This document shows positions 6,713-14,127 of a stretch of DNA of 24,000 bases, one piece after another (positions within the stretch are counted from its first letter, which is position 1; each line of letters begins with the position of its first letter). This DNA is from Paenibacillus thermotolerans (GTDB taxonomy: Bacteria; Bacillota; Bacilli; Paenibacillales; YIM-B00363), in assembly GCF_028745515.1 (NCBI RefSeq), contig NZ_JAQZSG010000031.1:21856-45855 (forward strand), in the 5' to 3' direction. A program made the translations under genes and the position numbers. The notes under the pieces were generated by a model. It did no database searches. It was not told the origin of the DNA and saw nothing but the letters and a program-made list of their open reading frames with translations.

Positions 6713-7762
6713 CGTTAATGCCCCGATATAAGACAATTGATTTGTCTCTATGCCGTCCGTTCCTCCGTCCAGTATTCGCCTCACATTATCCATTGTCTCC
6801 TGAAGCGGCAGCCATTCTCCTGTTTTCTTCGTATACGGTTCAGCCGTATAGAAAGGCTGCGTTAGGTAAGCCTCAAGTCTTTCTCCCCGATGATACGTTT
6901 GAATGTCCGTCTCCGGCAATTTTTCCAACCCTTGTTTATCGACGATGAAACGCAATTCCCGGTAGCGCCGAAGCATCTTTCGGGCACGCTGCTGGATCAT
7001 GAGATGCGCCGCTTCAAGCTGAGCCCCTTCCAATACCGTCGATGCGGATGCCACCGGATCTACCGCCGGGAAAAGCCCTCGCGACGCCAAATCAACATCG
7101 AAGCGAAGAAGGGTGTCAAGCGGCCCATACGGCACTTCTTCATCCGGAGCTTCGAAGCGAGTGTCGACCAGCACTACGGTCGGCTGGCGCAAGCCTGCTT
7201 CCCGCAGCTTTTCCCGCAAAGTCATCAGCTCTCCGGAAATGACGACGGACCGATCGGCGCCGAGAATCACATCGCGCTCCTGCTTGTGCGATACGATCTG
7301 CCGATACGCTTCGTCAAGCGAATCGCAAATAGAATCGGCCTGGGGCAGAACATCTTCCATACCTTTAACGTCCGGATCTTCGGGCTTCCACAATATCGAA
7401 GCGAATCCGCGTTTCTTAAGCCGATGAAACAGTTCGGCAAGCATGACCAGCTGCCCCATTCCGTGTCGAGCCACCAGACCTACGCTGCCCCCTCGTACGA
7501 CGGGTGCAAATAAATCCAACACTTTAATGCCGGTTTCGATCATCTTTACACCGCTCCCTCGAATAATCAATTCATCGAGACTGCAATTCGCAAGAGTTGC
7601 GAGAATGGCCAGCGTCCGCACCTCCGCTCTTCCCACCGGAATTTTACCGGTACACAGATTGGACACCGTTGCAGCCCTTAATCCTGCTGCGCGGGCTGCA
7701 GCCGTTAGATTCGGAACACGCCGCCGCAGCAACGAAACATTAAGCTGTAAATCTTCGTTCAT
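6704..7762 (-). CDS. XRE-type HTH domain fused to a truncated F1-ATPase beta-subunit-like domain with a degenerate Walker A motif
   Basis: 352 aa from the ATG at 7762 (RBS AAGGAGG, 8-nt spacer; the track GTG at 7771 lies inside the RBS). The N-terminus (LTAAARAAGLRAATVSNLCTGK...CSLDELI) is a Cro/C1-type HTH. Then IETGIKVLDLFAPVVRGGSVGLVARHGMGQLVMLAELF parallels AtpD ETGIKV.DLLAPY.KGGKIGLFGGAGVGKTVLI.ELI. GLFPAVDPVASASTVL, RRYRELRFIV and YLTQPFYTAEPYT parallel GIYPAVDPLASTSRAL, QRYKELQDII and FLSQNFHVAEQFT. Confidence 0.85.
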   Translation of the reverse strand: MNEDLQLNVSLLRRRVPNLTAAARAAGLRAATVSNLCTGKIPVGRAEVRTLAILATLANCSLDELIIRGSGVKMIETGIKVLDLFAPVVRGGSVGLVARHGMGQLVMLAELFHRLKKRGFASILWKPEDPDVKGMEDVLPQADSICDSLDEAYRQIVSHKQERDVILGADRSVVISGELMTLREKLREAGLRQPTVVLVDTRFEAPDEEVPYGPLDTLLRFDVDLASRGLFPAVDPVASASTVLEGAQLEAAHLMIQQRARKMLRRYRELRFIVDKQGLEKLPETDIQTYHRGERLEAYLTQPFYTAEPYTKKTGEWLPLQETMDNVRRILDGGTDGIETNQLSYIGALTKK

Positions 7763-7785
7763 CTTAATCACCTCCTTTACTCTGA

Positions 7786-7814
7786 ATAGTAATTTAAATT
7801 CCGTTTAAACGCAA
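7786..7814 (-). promoter_or_regulatory. putative sigma-A promoter with two 10-bp perfect palindromes in the spacer (candidate autoregulatory operators)
   Basis: The minus strand reads TTGCGT (7814-7809), a 17-nt spacer, then TACTAT (7791-7786). The spacer contains CGTTTAAACG (7802-7811) and AATTTAAATT (7791-7800), both perfectly self-complementary. The -10 lies about 24 nt upstream of the ATG at 7762. Confidence 0.35.
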
Positions 7815-7850
7815 TCATTATTTTGGCGGAATTTTCCTTGGCGAGAACGC

Positions 7851-7884
7851 AAAGCAACGCAGCCATTGGGGGCTGCGTTGCTTT
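7851..7884 (-). terminator. strong hairpin (second of two tandem terminators after the SDR gene)
   Basis: Perfect 14-bp stem AAAGCAACGCAGCC / GGCTGCGTTGCTTT with a 6-nt loop. On the minus strand the stem runs into TTTGCGTT. Confidence 0.5.
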
Positions 7885-7940
7885 ATAGAATGAGGAAAGA
7901 AGGATTCTAAATGATTTCTAAAAAAGTATATATTCGGAAA

Positions 7941-7970
7941 CGTAAAAGAGACACACCGCGAGGCGTGTCT
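7941..7970 (-). terminator. rho-independent terminator of the SDR gene
   Basis: Stem AGACACaCC (7949-7957) / GGcGTGTCT (7962-7970) with a GCGA loop. On the minus strand it is followed by CTTTTACGTTT. It lies about 30 nt after the stop at 8001. Confidence 0.45.
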
Positions 7971-8000
7971 AAATATCGTAATGTCTATGTTTCTTCATGC

Positions 8001-8855
8001 CTACAACCGACCTTGCGCAAACGATGTTCTCCAACTCGGATAAAGCGGCTTCCATCCGTACTCGCTTCGCGCTTTCGCATTCGATGCGCCGCGTTCGCCC
8101 CGGTTGCGTCCAGGTTGAATATCCGGAATCGGCGCGCCGATCATTCCGGCATATGCCGGAAGCCATTCCTTCCCCGCAGCGGGTTCGTCGTCGACGATAT
8201 TGACCGGTCCGGTCGGCCACTTTAACGCAAGCATTGCGGCATTCGCCGCATCCTCCACGTGCAGGAAGGAAGTTACCCCATCCGTTGCCGGCACTTGCTT
8301 GCGGCGCACTCTGTCAGCCATTGCGCCGTTCGTATCATACCATGTGCCCGGACCGTAAAGCATTCCGTATCGCAGAATGACGTACTCCGGCATTTCCGCC
8401 ACGGCGCGCTCCAATGCAATAATACCGTCAATCGTCGTTTTGCGCGGCATCGGAGCATCCGCATCCAATCGATCGGTTTCAACGGCAGGCGAGATCCCGG
8501 GTTCGTATGCCCACGAAATGCTCTGCGCAATCATACGCTTTACACCGCCAGCCTGTGCGGCATCCACCAAATTTCGAGTACCCCTGATCCGAATGTCGGC
8601 ATTGTCCTTCAAGTTCCAGCTGCTGAGCGAGGTTAGCTGATGGATCATCGTATCCGGCTGTGCGTCCGCAACCGCCCGCACGACCGCCTCCCGGTCAAAC
8701 GCATCGACAACGATCCCTTGTGCGCCCACGGATTGAATCCAGGCGATATTGTCCTTGTTATGGGTCATCCCGATCACCTCATGACCCGCCTCTACCAGCT
8801 TCGGCAGCAGTAGTCGTCCGACGACGCCCGTCGAGCCTGCTACAAATATTTTCAT
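8001..8855 (-). CDS. NAD(P)-binding SDR-family oxidoreductase (atypical/extended SDR, NmrA or epimerase-like)
   Basis: 284 aa from the ATG at 8855 (RBS AGGGGTGG, 7-nt spacer). The N-terminus MKIFVAGSTGVVGRLLLPKLVEAGHEVIGMTH is a Rossmann GxxGxxG motif. Confidence 0.9.
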   Translation of the reverse strand: MKIFVAGSTGVVGRLLLPKLVEAGHEVIGMTHNKDNIAWIQSVGAQGIVVDAFDREAVVRAVADAQPDTMIHQLTSLSSWNLKDNADIRIRGTRNLVDAAQAGGVKRMIAQSISWAYEPGISPAVETDRLDADAPMPRKTTIDGIIALERAVAEMPEYVILRYGMLYGPGTWYDTNGAMADRVRRKQVPATDGVTSFLHVEDAANAAMLALKWPTGPVNIVDDEPAAGKEWLPAYAGMIGAPIPDIQPGRNRGERGASNAKARSEYGWKPLYPSWRTSFAQGRL

Positions 8856-8967
8856 CGTCAAACCACCCCTAATCATCCTTTTCGTTTTGCATTTCCGGTT
8901 TGAAATTAACGGTTATTGTATGAATCTCCGCCGGCATTGTCAACAAAAAAAGTAGTTGTAAATTCGG

Positions 8968-8982
8968 TATATAACTTATATA
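8968..8982. promoter_or_regulatory. palindrome TATATAA-C-TTATATA inside a putative TetR promoter (candidate operator)
   Basis: The 7-bp arms are perfectly inverted. The palindrome overlaps a plausible promoter, TTGTAA-N17-TATATT, upstream of the TetR gene at 9045. Confidence 0.3.
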
Positions 8983-9044
8983 TTAAATACAATAACAACT
9001 TACCAAAATTTACCCCGCAGACGAAATCGAAGGAGTAATGAATC

Positions 9045-9647
9045 ATGAGCGACACGAAGCGCACATACTCCTCGCCGCTTCGCCAAGAAAGAAAGCATAA
9101 CACGATCCGCTCCATTGTTGAGAATACGTACCGCATGCATTCCATAGGGGTCACCGACATCAAATCCATTGCCGAGGCATCCAACATTTCCGTCGCCACG
9201 ATCCGAAAATACTTTCCGACGAATGAGGATTTGTTTCAAGGCTGTGCCGCTCATTTTTTAGAAGTAAACAAACTGCCTGAAATCCACAAATATTTGCACA
9301 TCGCTGATTTCGCGCAAAAGGTCCGCGCCATCGTTACTGACTTTTACAACTTCTACGAAAATACGATGGAATTGCTTTGGCTTTCCATTCGGCTTGCCGA
9401 TCAATCGACCGTCATGAGAAATTCCGCATTGCAAGCTGAGGCCATTGTTAAAGCGGCCGTTCAGGTCATGCTCCAGGACCAGGAATGGATCGAAGAGAGC
9501 CGGAAAGCGGAAATATTCGGCTACACCCAAAGCCTGCTGCACCCGTTATTTTATAGAACGTTAAAAACATTCGGTCATCTTTCCGGGCAACAATGCGCGG
9601 ACCATACGATCCGCGCCATTATAAATTTGCGAGAGGAGCATTTGTAA
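9045..9647 (+). CDS. TetR/AcrR-family transcriptional regulator
   Basis: 200 aa, with RBS GAAGGAG 9 nt upstream. The N-terminal HTH reads RSIVENTYRMHSIGVTDIKSIAEASNISVATIRKYFPTNEDLF. Confidence 0.9.
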   Translation: MSDTKRTYSSPLRQERKHNTIRSIVENTYRMHSIGVTDIKSIAEASNISVATIRKYFPTNEDLFQGCAAHFLEVNKLPEIHKYLHIADFAQKVRAIVTDFYNFYENTMELLWLSIRLADQSTVMRNSALQAEAIVKAAVQVMLQDQEWIEESRKAEIFGYTQSLLHPLFYRTLKTFGHLSGQQCADHTIRAIINLREEHL

Positions 9648-10064
9648 ATGAAAAACACGAATCTGAATCGGCTGCCGCTTCTGGACTTATGGTATGAGAG
9701 TTCTTCGGACAAAAAGTGGAAGGTCAATCTTCCGTTCAACCCTAAGTTCCCGCTTTGGTCGGGAATAAAGTCGGAACAATCCAATGTTATCGCTTTTGAA
9801 CTGGACCCGGGCTGCTCATTGGGGGAGCACAAGGAAGATGTGGAGGAAATTCTTTACGTTATTGGCGGCAAGGCCGAAATCACGGTTGGCGGTGAAATAC
9901 GGGAAGTGACCGAAGGGGAGCTGGTCGTCATCCCTGAAGGCATTGTTCACGCAATAAAAAATATCGGGGAAGCCCCCGCAAAGTTTCTGGGATTTTTCCC
10001 TTCTACGAACCATATCTCCACCTTCACGGAAGTTGTGTCTCCAATAGGATTGAAGGCTCTCTAG
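9648..10064 (+). CDS. cupin-domain protein
   Basis: 138 aa. The ATG directly follows the TetR stop (TAAATG). The cupin motifs are GCSLGEHKEDVEEILYVIGG and GELVVIPEGIVHAIKN. Confidence 0.9.
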   Translation: MKNTNLNRLPLLDLWYESSSDKKWKVNLPFNPKFPLWSGIKSEQSNVIAFELDPGCSLGEHKEDVEEILYVIGGKAEITVGGEIREVTEGELVVIPEGIVHAIKNIGEAPAKFLGFFPSTNHISTFTEVVSPIGLKAL

Positions 10065-10095
10065 GATCGCCCCTGAGAGGTGCAGTCGGCAAAAC

Positions 10096-10125
10096 GGGCT
10101 AGAGAAATCGTTTGTTCTCTAGCCC
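10096..10125. terminator. bidirectional hairpin between the cupin and CWC genes
   Basis: Perfect 11-bp stem GGGCTAGAGAA / TTCTCTAGCCC with an 8-nt loop. On the minus strand it is followed by GTTTTGCC. The T-run on the plus strand is weak. Confidence 0.5.
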
Positions 10126-10133
10126 TGCTCCGC

Positions 10134-10331
10134 TTATTCTTTAACGAACTTTTCCACGCAGTGTCGACAGATGCATGCTTTCCCTCTCAGCTCTTCCGGT
10201 ATTTGTTTTCGCAGCTCCATCGGCACCTTTATATGAAAGCACCAGCAATTGCCGCTTCCGGCATTGCAATCGTTTCCTTCATTACACAAAGGACACCGCT
10301 GATCCGCTGATACGGTTTCATCGCGGTTCAA
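10134..10331 (-). CDS. cysteine-rich CWC-family small protein
   Basis: 65 aa with a TTG start and RBS GGGGAG 9 nt upstream (spacer TGAATTTGT). It reads CPLCNEGNDCNAGSGNCWCFHIKVP...CICRHC, the CxxC...C...CWC...CxCxxC pattern of the cysteine-rich CWC family. Confidence 0.75.
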   Translation of the reverse strand: MNRDETVSADQRCPLCNEGNDCNAGSGNCWCFHIKVPMELRKQIPEELRGKACICRHCVEKFVKE

Positions 10332-10371
10332 ACAAATTCACTCCCCATTGGATATCTGTGCTTTTTCATAT

Positions 10372-11286
10372 TTAATGCGCTACCGTAACGACTACATTCC
10401 CTTTTTTGCGGCCGGTTTCCACATACCTGTGAGCCTCGGGGATTTGTTCCAGCAAATATTGCCGGTCGATGACCGGCTTCAGGCTTCCCGCTTCAATCAG
10501 TTCTTTGAGATGCGTTAAATCTTCCGCTCGAACTTTCGCGATTCCTTGCCCGTCCACCGTCACAAAATTTCCTTTCGCGGTAAGCGCGCTCTTGCATTCC
10601 TGCTTCGAGAGCTTCCCGACGGCGTCAAAAATAAGATCATAACGTTCTCCGTTATTTGTAAATTTTTCTTTCGTATAATCGATCGCCCGATCGGCTCCCA
10701 ACGCCTTTACCAATTCGAAATTGGCGCCGCTGCACACGGCGGTTACTTCCGCCCCGTAAAATTTCGCAAGCTGCACCGTGGAAACGCCTACCGCTCCCGA
10801 AGCTCCATAGATCAGAACTTTTTGTCCGTGTCGAATACCGCCTTTTCGAAGAAAATACAATGCCGTGGTTCCCCCCATCGGAACGGCAGCGGCTTCCTCA
10901 TACGATAGATTGGCAGGTTTTAAAGCTATTACCGCATCTTCTGGCAGGCAGGTATACTCGGCGTATCCCCCGAATCTCATTCCCGTTAAAGCGAAAATCC
11001 GGTCGCCCTTCTTGAATCGCGTTACATTTTTCCCGATCTCTTCGACTTCACCGGCTATTTCTACCCCAAGTACTGGCTTTCTAGGTCTTCTAATTCCCAA
11101 AACGATTCGCATAGGAATCCACAGCAAGAGCGGGCTATTGAAGCTTCGAACCCGTATATCCCCGGACGCTACGGTAGTCGCATGAATTTTTACAAGCATT
11201 TCGTTAGGTTTCGGGACAGGCTTCTCCATCTCCGCCGGCTTTAAAACATCCGGTGAACCGTAATTCGTGCACACGATCGCTCTCAT
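10372..11286 (-). CDS. MDR-superfamily NAD(P)-dependent oxidoreductase (quinone oxidoreductase / alcohol dehydrogenase-like)
   Basis: 304 aa from the ATG at 11286 (RBS GGAGG, 6-nt spacer). It contains [16 protein letters not shown] and the nucleotide-binding motif [19 protein letters not shown]. Confidence 0.9.
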   Translation of the reverse strand: MRAIVCTNYGSPDVLKPAEMEKPVPKPNEMLVKIHATTVASGDIRVRSFNSPLLLWIPMRIVLGIRRPRKPVLGVEIAGEVEEIGKNVTRFKKGDRIFALTGMRFGGYAEYTCLPEDAVIALKPANLSYEEAAAVPMGGTTALYFLRKGGIRHGQKVLIYGASGAVGVSTVQLAKFYGAEVTAVCSGANFELVKALGADRAIDYTKEKFTNNGERYDLIFDAVGKLSKQECKSALTAKGNFVTVDGQGIAKVRAEDLTHLKELIEAGSLKPVIDRQYLLEQIPEAHRYVETGRKKGNVVVTVAH

Positions 11287-11366
11287 GAGTTTCCTCCATG
11301 CTTCAAGATGCGACAAGTATATCCCGCGTACGGTATTGTTATATAGATACTAAAGTATTGTTTTGG

Positions 11367-14018
11367 CTACAAAAGTCCCAGCTCGCGGGCGCGCGCCACC
11401 GCCTCGGTACGTCTCGCAACCTGCAATTTGTCGAAAATGACGCGGTTATGCCCTTTCACGGTACTGAGCGCGAGAAAAAGCCGTTCGCTTATTTCATGAT
11501 TCGAAAGTCCTCCTGCGATCAGGTTCAGCACTTCCAACTCCCGATCGCTTAGAGGATCGATCAACGGCTCGGCAGGTTGGGCCTCTCGCCGGCCGAGTTT
11601 GCGCTCCCTCTTTTCCGCTTCGGCTTCAAATGCCGACAACAAACGAACCGCATATTCCGGCGTAGCATTACCGGCAGCCGCCTTGCGCAGCAGCCTCTCC
11701 ATCGCGATCCCCTCGTCGACAAAGATGCGCGTGAAGCCGCCGGGCTCAGCCATCGTTAATGCTTCCGACAAGGTTCGTTCCGCCTTGCGCGTTTCGCCTT
11801 GGACATGCAAAGCCAACGATTGCAGAACCGTTGCTGTAAGCAATTCATCCGCCCAGCCCTTCGCCTCCGCATTTCGTCTTAACGGAGCAAGCACCGCAAG
11901 CGCTGCGGATGCATCTCCTTGTGCCATCCGCACTCTTGCCAGACTAGGCTGAAGCTCGTGCTTCTGCGCCAGCTCGGCGGCTGCCGGCACATTGCCTTGG
12001 CGAAGCAGCACCTGCACTTGTAAGGCTGCAATCTGAGGGAGCTGATTGACGAAATGATGCAGGCGAGCGAAATGCTCGGCTTCAGCCAAAGCGGCTGAAG
12101 CGCCGCTCGCTTCTCCCCGAGCAAGCTTCAGCCGTGCGAGAAACACCTCGCCGGCAACGGCCCGATCCGTTTGCTCCAATTGCCGAGCCAGCTGAACGGC
12201 CAGCTTCCCGTGCCTCTCTGCGGCGTTCAGGTCGTTCCATTCATAATGGATTCGGGCGAGGCCCAGATGCGTTTCGCACGCTGCCGGTAGCGGAGGCTCT
12301 CCCGCCATTGCCAGAACGCGCTTATACGTTTCAGACGCCGCAAAAAGCAAGTTATCCGCCTCTTGAATAAGCCCTAAACCGACAGATGACATGACGGCGA
12401 TCATGACGTGTCCGATCTTATGGCTGATCGACAATGCTTCATCATAAGCCTTGCCGGCGGCGGCGCGGTCTCCCTTGAGCTGATAAGCGTATCCTAGCGT
12501 CCATGTAGTGGCCGTGCGAACCGGAAGATTGCCCGGGTGTAAATATGCCAAGGCGCGGCGGGATTCGGTCAAGACAGTCTCCGCATCGTGCTTGCTGACA
12601 GCCAGCGTGGCGCGTATGGAAGCCATATGTCCGATCATGTCTCGGATTTTGTCGGTTTCCTCGGCGCCTCGTATGGCTGCTTCAGCCGCTTGCAGCTTCG
12701 ATTCGATCCCGGTTATTTGCCCTGCCATCAGCAGCGCGGAAGCATAAATGACCCACAGCGAGGGGTTTGCATTCAATTCCTTCTCCGGCATCGAAGCCAG
12801 CCATTGTAATACAGGGTTCACCGCTCCTTTAAAAATCAAAGGCATTCCCCCGCCCTCAACCAATCGTCCGGCGCGCTCGACATCATGGGCGGCAACGGCA
12901 TGTTGAAATGCCTCCAGCTCAAATCCCTGTTCTTCATACCATTCGCTTGCACGCGTGTGCAGCTCCGCAGCGGCCCCTCGCTCCAATCTCTGCCGCAGCA
13001 GATCGGCAAAGAGATGGTGATAGCGGAACCAGCGCCGCCCGTTGTCTAAAGGAACGATAAAAAGATTGGCTCGTTCCAAATATTCCAATATATGTTGTCC
13101 GCAGGAGGAAGGAGCGGTCGACTCTCCGCCATTCCTGCGAAGCACGGCATCGCAAAGCGGACCGCACATCCGGTTAAGAACGGACGTGCGCAGCAAAAAA
13201 TGTTGAATGGCTGCGTCTTGCTGTTGAAGCACTTCTTCAACCAGATAATCGAGCACGTGATAATGGCTTCCGGTAAAAGAGCGGACGAAGCCGGCGGCAT
13301 CCTCATGTCCTTGTAAAGAAAGTGCGGCTAAATGCAGACCTGCAATCCAGCCTTCCGTTCGATATTCAAGCAAAGAAATGTTTTCTTGAGAAAGGTTCAG
13401 ACCCATCGCTTGATTAAGAAACGTTTCCGTTTCGGCGGAAGTAAACCGCAGGTCAGCGGCGCGCACTTCGGTCAATTGGTCCCGAGCACGCAGCCGGGCC
13501 AGAGGAAGGCGAGGATCCTCCCGGGTAGTCATGACCAAATGCATTTGTGCCGGCATGCGCTCGATCAGGAGGCCGACGATATCTTCAATCGGTTTGGAAT
13601 GAACCGCATGATAATCGTCAAGGACAAGAATGAACGGGCGAGACAGCGTAACGAGTTCGTTGATCAACGCCGCTACGATCAATTCGGATGAAGGCGGATG
13701 AGACGATTGGAGCAGCCCGAACACCCCTTCTCCGATGCTCGCGTCTGTCTGACGCAGAGCGGATAAGAGGTATGACAAAAACCGGGAACGTTCGTTATCC
13801 CCTTCGTCTAATGACAGCCAGGCGGCTGGCTGCCCACAGGCGGCGAGCCATTCGGTGACTAGCGTCGTTTTGCCGCTCCCGGCTGATGCGCAGACGACGG
13901 TCAGCTTCCGCTTGCGCTGTAGCCCTTCGTTCAGCCGCTCGATCAGGCGGGGGCGGGGTACCATGTTCGTCCGAGACGGAGGAATATATAGTTTAGTGGT
14001 TATAATTGGTATCGTCAT
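11367..14018 (-). CDS. MalT-like STAND ATPase / LuxR-family transcriptional regulator
   Basis: 883 aa from the ATG at 14018. The N-terminus MTIPIITTKLYIPPSR...VPRPRL is typical of MalT-like regulators. Walker A is CASAGSGKTTL and Walker B is ILVLDDYH. A long helical TPR-like middle section follows. The C-terminal LuxR HTH reads LSDRELEVLNLIAGGLSNHEISERLFLALSTVKGHNRVIFDKLQV. Confidence 0.9.
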   Translation of the reverse strand: MTIPIITTKLYIPPSRTNMVPRPRLIERLNEGLQRKRKLTVVCASAGSGKTTLVTEWLAACGQPAAWLSLDEGDNERSRFLSYLLSALRQTDASIGEGVFGLLQSSHPPSSELIVAALINELVTLSRPFILVLDDYHAVHSKPIEDIVGLLIERMPAQMHLVMTTREDPRLPLARLRARDQLTEVRAADLRFTSAETETFLNQAMGLNLSQENISLLEYRTEGWIAGLHLAALSLQGHEDAAGFVRSFTGSHYHVLDYLVEEVLQQQDAAIQHFLLRTSVLNRMCGPLCDAVLRRNGGESTAPSSCGQHILEYLERANLFIVPLDNGRRWFRYHHLFADLLRQRLERGAAAELHTRASEWYEEQGFELEAFQHAVAAHDVERAGRLVEGGGMPLIFKGAVNPVLQWLASMPEKELNANPSLWVIYASALLMAGQITGIESKLQAAEAAIRGAEETDKIRDMIGHMASIRATLAVSKHDAETVLTESRRALAYLHPGNLPVRTATTWTLGYAYQLKGDRAAAGKAYDEALSISHKIGHVMIAVMSSVGLGLIQEADNLLFAASETYKRVLAMAGEPPLPAACETHLGLARIHYEWNDLNAAERHGKLAVQLARQLEQTDRAVAGEVFLARLKLARGEASGASAALAEAEHFARLHHFVNQLPQIAALQVQVLLRQGNVPAAAELAQKHELQPSLARVRMAQGDASAALAVLAPLRRNAEAKGWADELLTATVLQSLALHVQGETRKAERTLSEALTMAEPGGFTRIFVDEGIAMERLLRKAAAGNATPEYAVRLLSAFEAEAEKRERKLGRREAQPAEPLIDPLSDRELEVLNLIAGGLSNHEISERLFLALSTVKGHNRVIFDKLQVARRTEAVARARELGLL

Positions 14019-14024
14019 AGAGGA

Positions 14025-14054
14025 ATTATAATGACCGCCGCCACGCACCGTCAA
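14025..14054 (-). promoter_or_regulatory. near-consensus sigma-A promoter abutting the MalT-like start codon (leaderless mRNA candidate)
   Basis: The minus strand reads TTGACG (14054-14049), an 18-nt spacer, TATAAT (14030-14025), then TCCTCT and ATG (14018). No Shine-Dalgarno sequence lies between the -10 and the ATG. Confidence 0.4.
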
Positions 14055-14082
14055 TGCCGATCAATACAGTCTCGCTAATAAC

Positions 14083-14103
14083 AAAACTCCCGAACGTCGG
14101 GGA
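14083..14103 (-). terminator. short GC hairpin plus T-run after the HK-STAS gene
   Basis: The minus strand reads CCCGA-cgt-TCGGG followed by AGTTTTGTTATT. The stem is only 5-6 bp. Confidence 0.3.
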
Positions 14104-14127
14104 ACAGGCAAACGAAACAAGCCCTTG

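Noticed and set aside
6890-7513. A 207-aa plus-strand ORF antisense to the HTH::F1-beta-like gene.
   Set aside because: It has no RBS and no recognisable motifs, whereas the opposite strand shows clear collinearity with ATP synthase beta. I treated it as a shadow ORF.
7911-8225. A plus-strand ORF with a reasonable RBS (GAAGGA-N6-ATG) starting in the SDR/HTH intergenic region.
   Set aside because: Most of it runs antisense through the SDR gene. Its first 20 codons span the terminator hairpin at 7949-7970, and the translation (MISKKVYIRKRKRDTPRG...) is basic and low-complexity. The RBS match is most likely chance in an AT/purine-rich spacer.
11577-13691. Numerous 60-120 aa plus-strand ORFs, and alternative-frame minus ORFs, inside the MalT/LuxR gene (for example 11599..11952, 13332..13691, 12934..13167).
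   Set aside because: They lie antisense or out of frame within a GC-rich gene whose own frame has unambiguous Walker A/B and LuxR HTH motifs. They have no RBS and low-complexity Arg/Ala/Ser-rich translations typical of GC-driven spurious ORFs.
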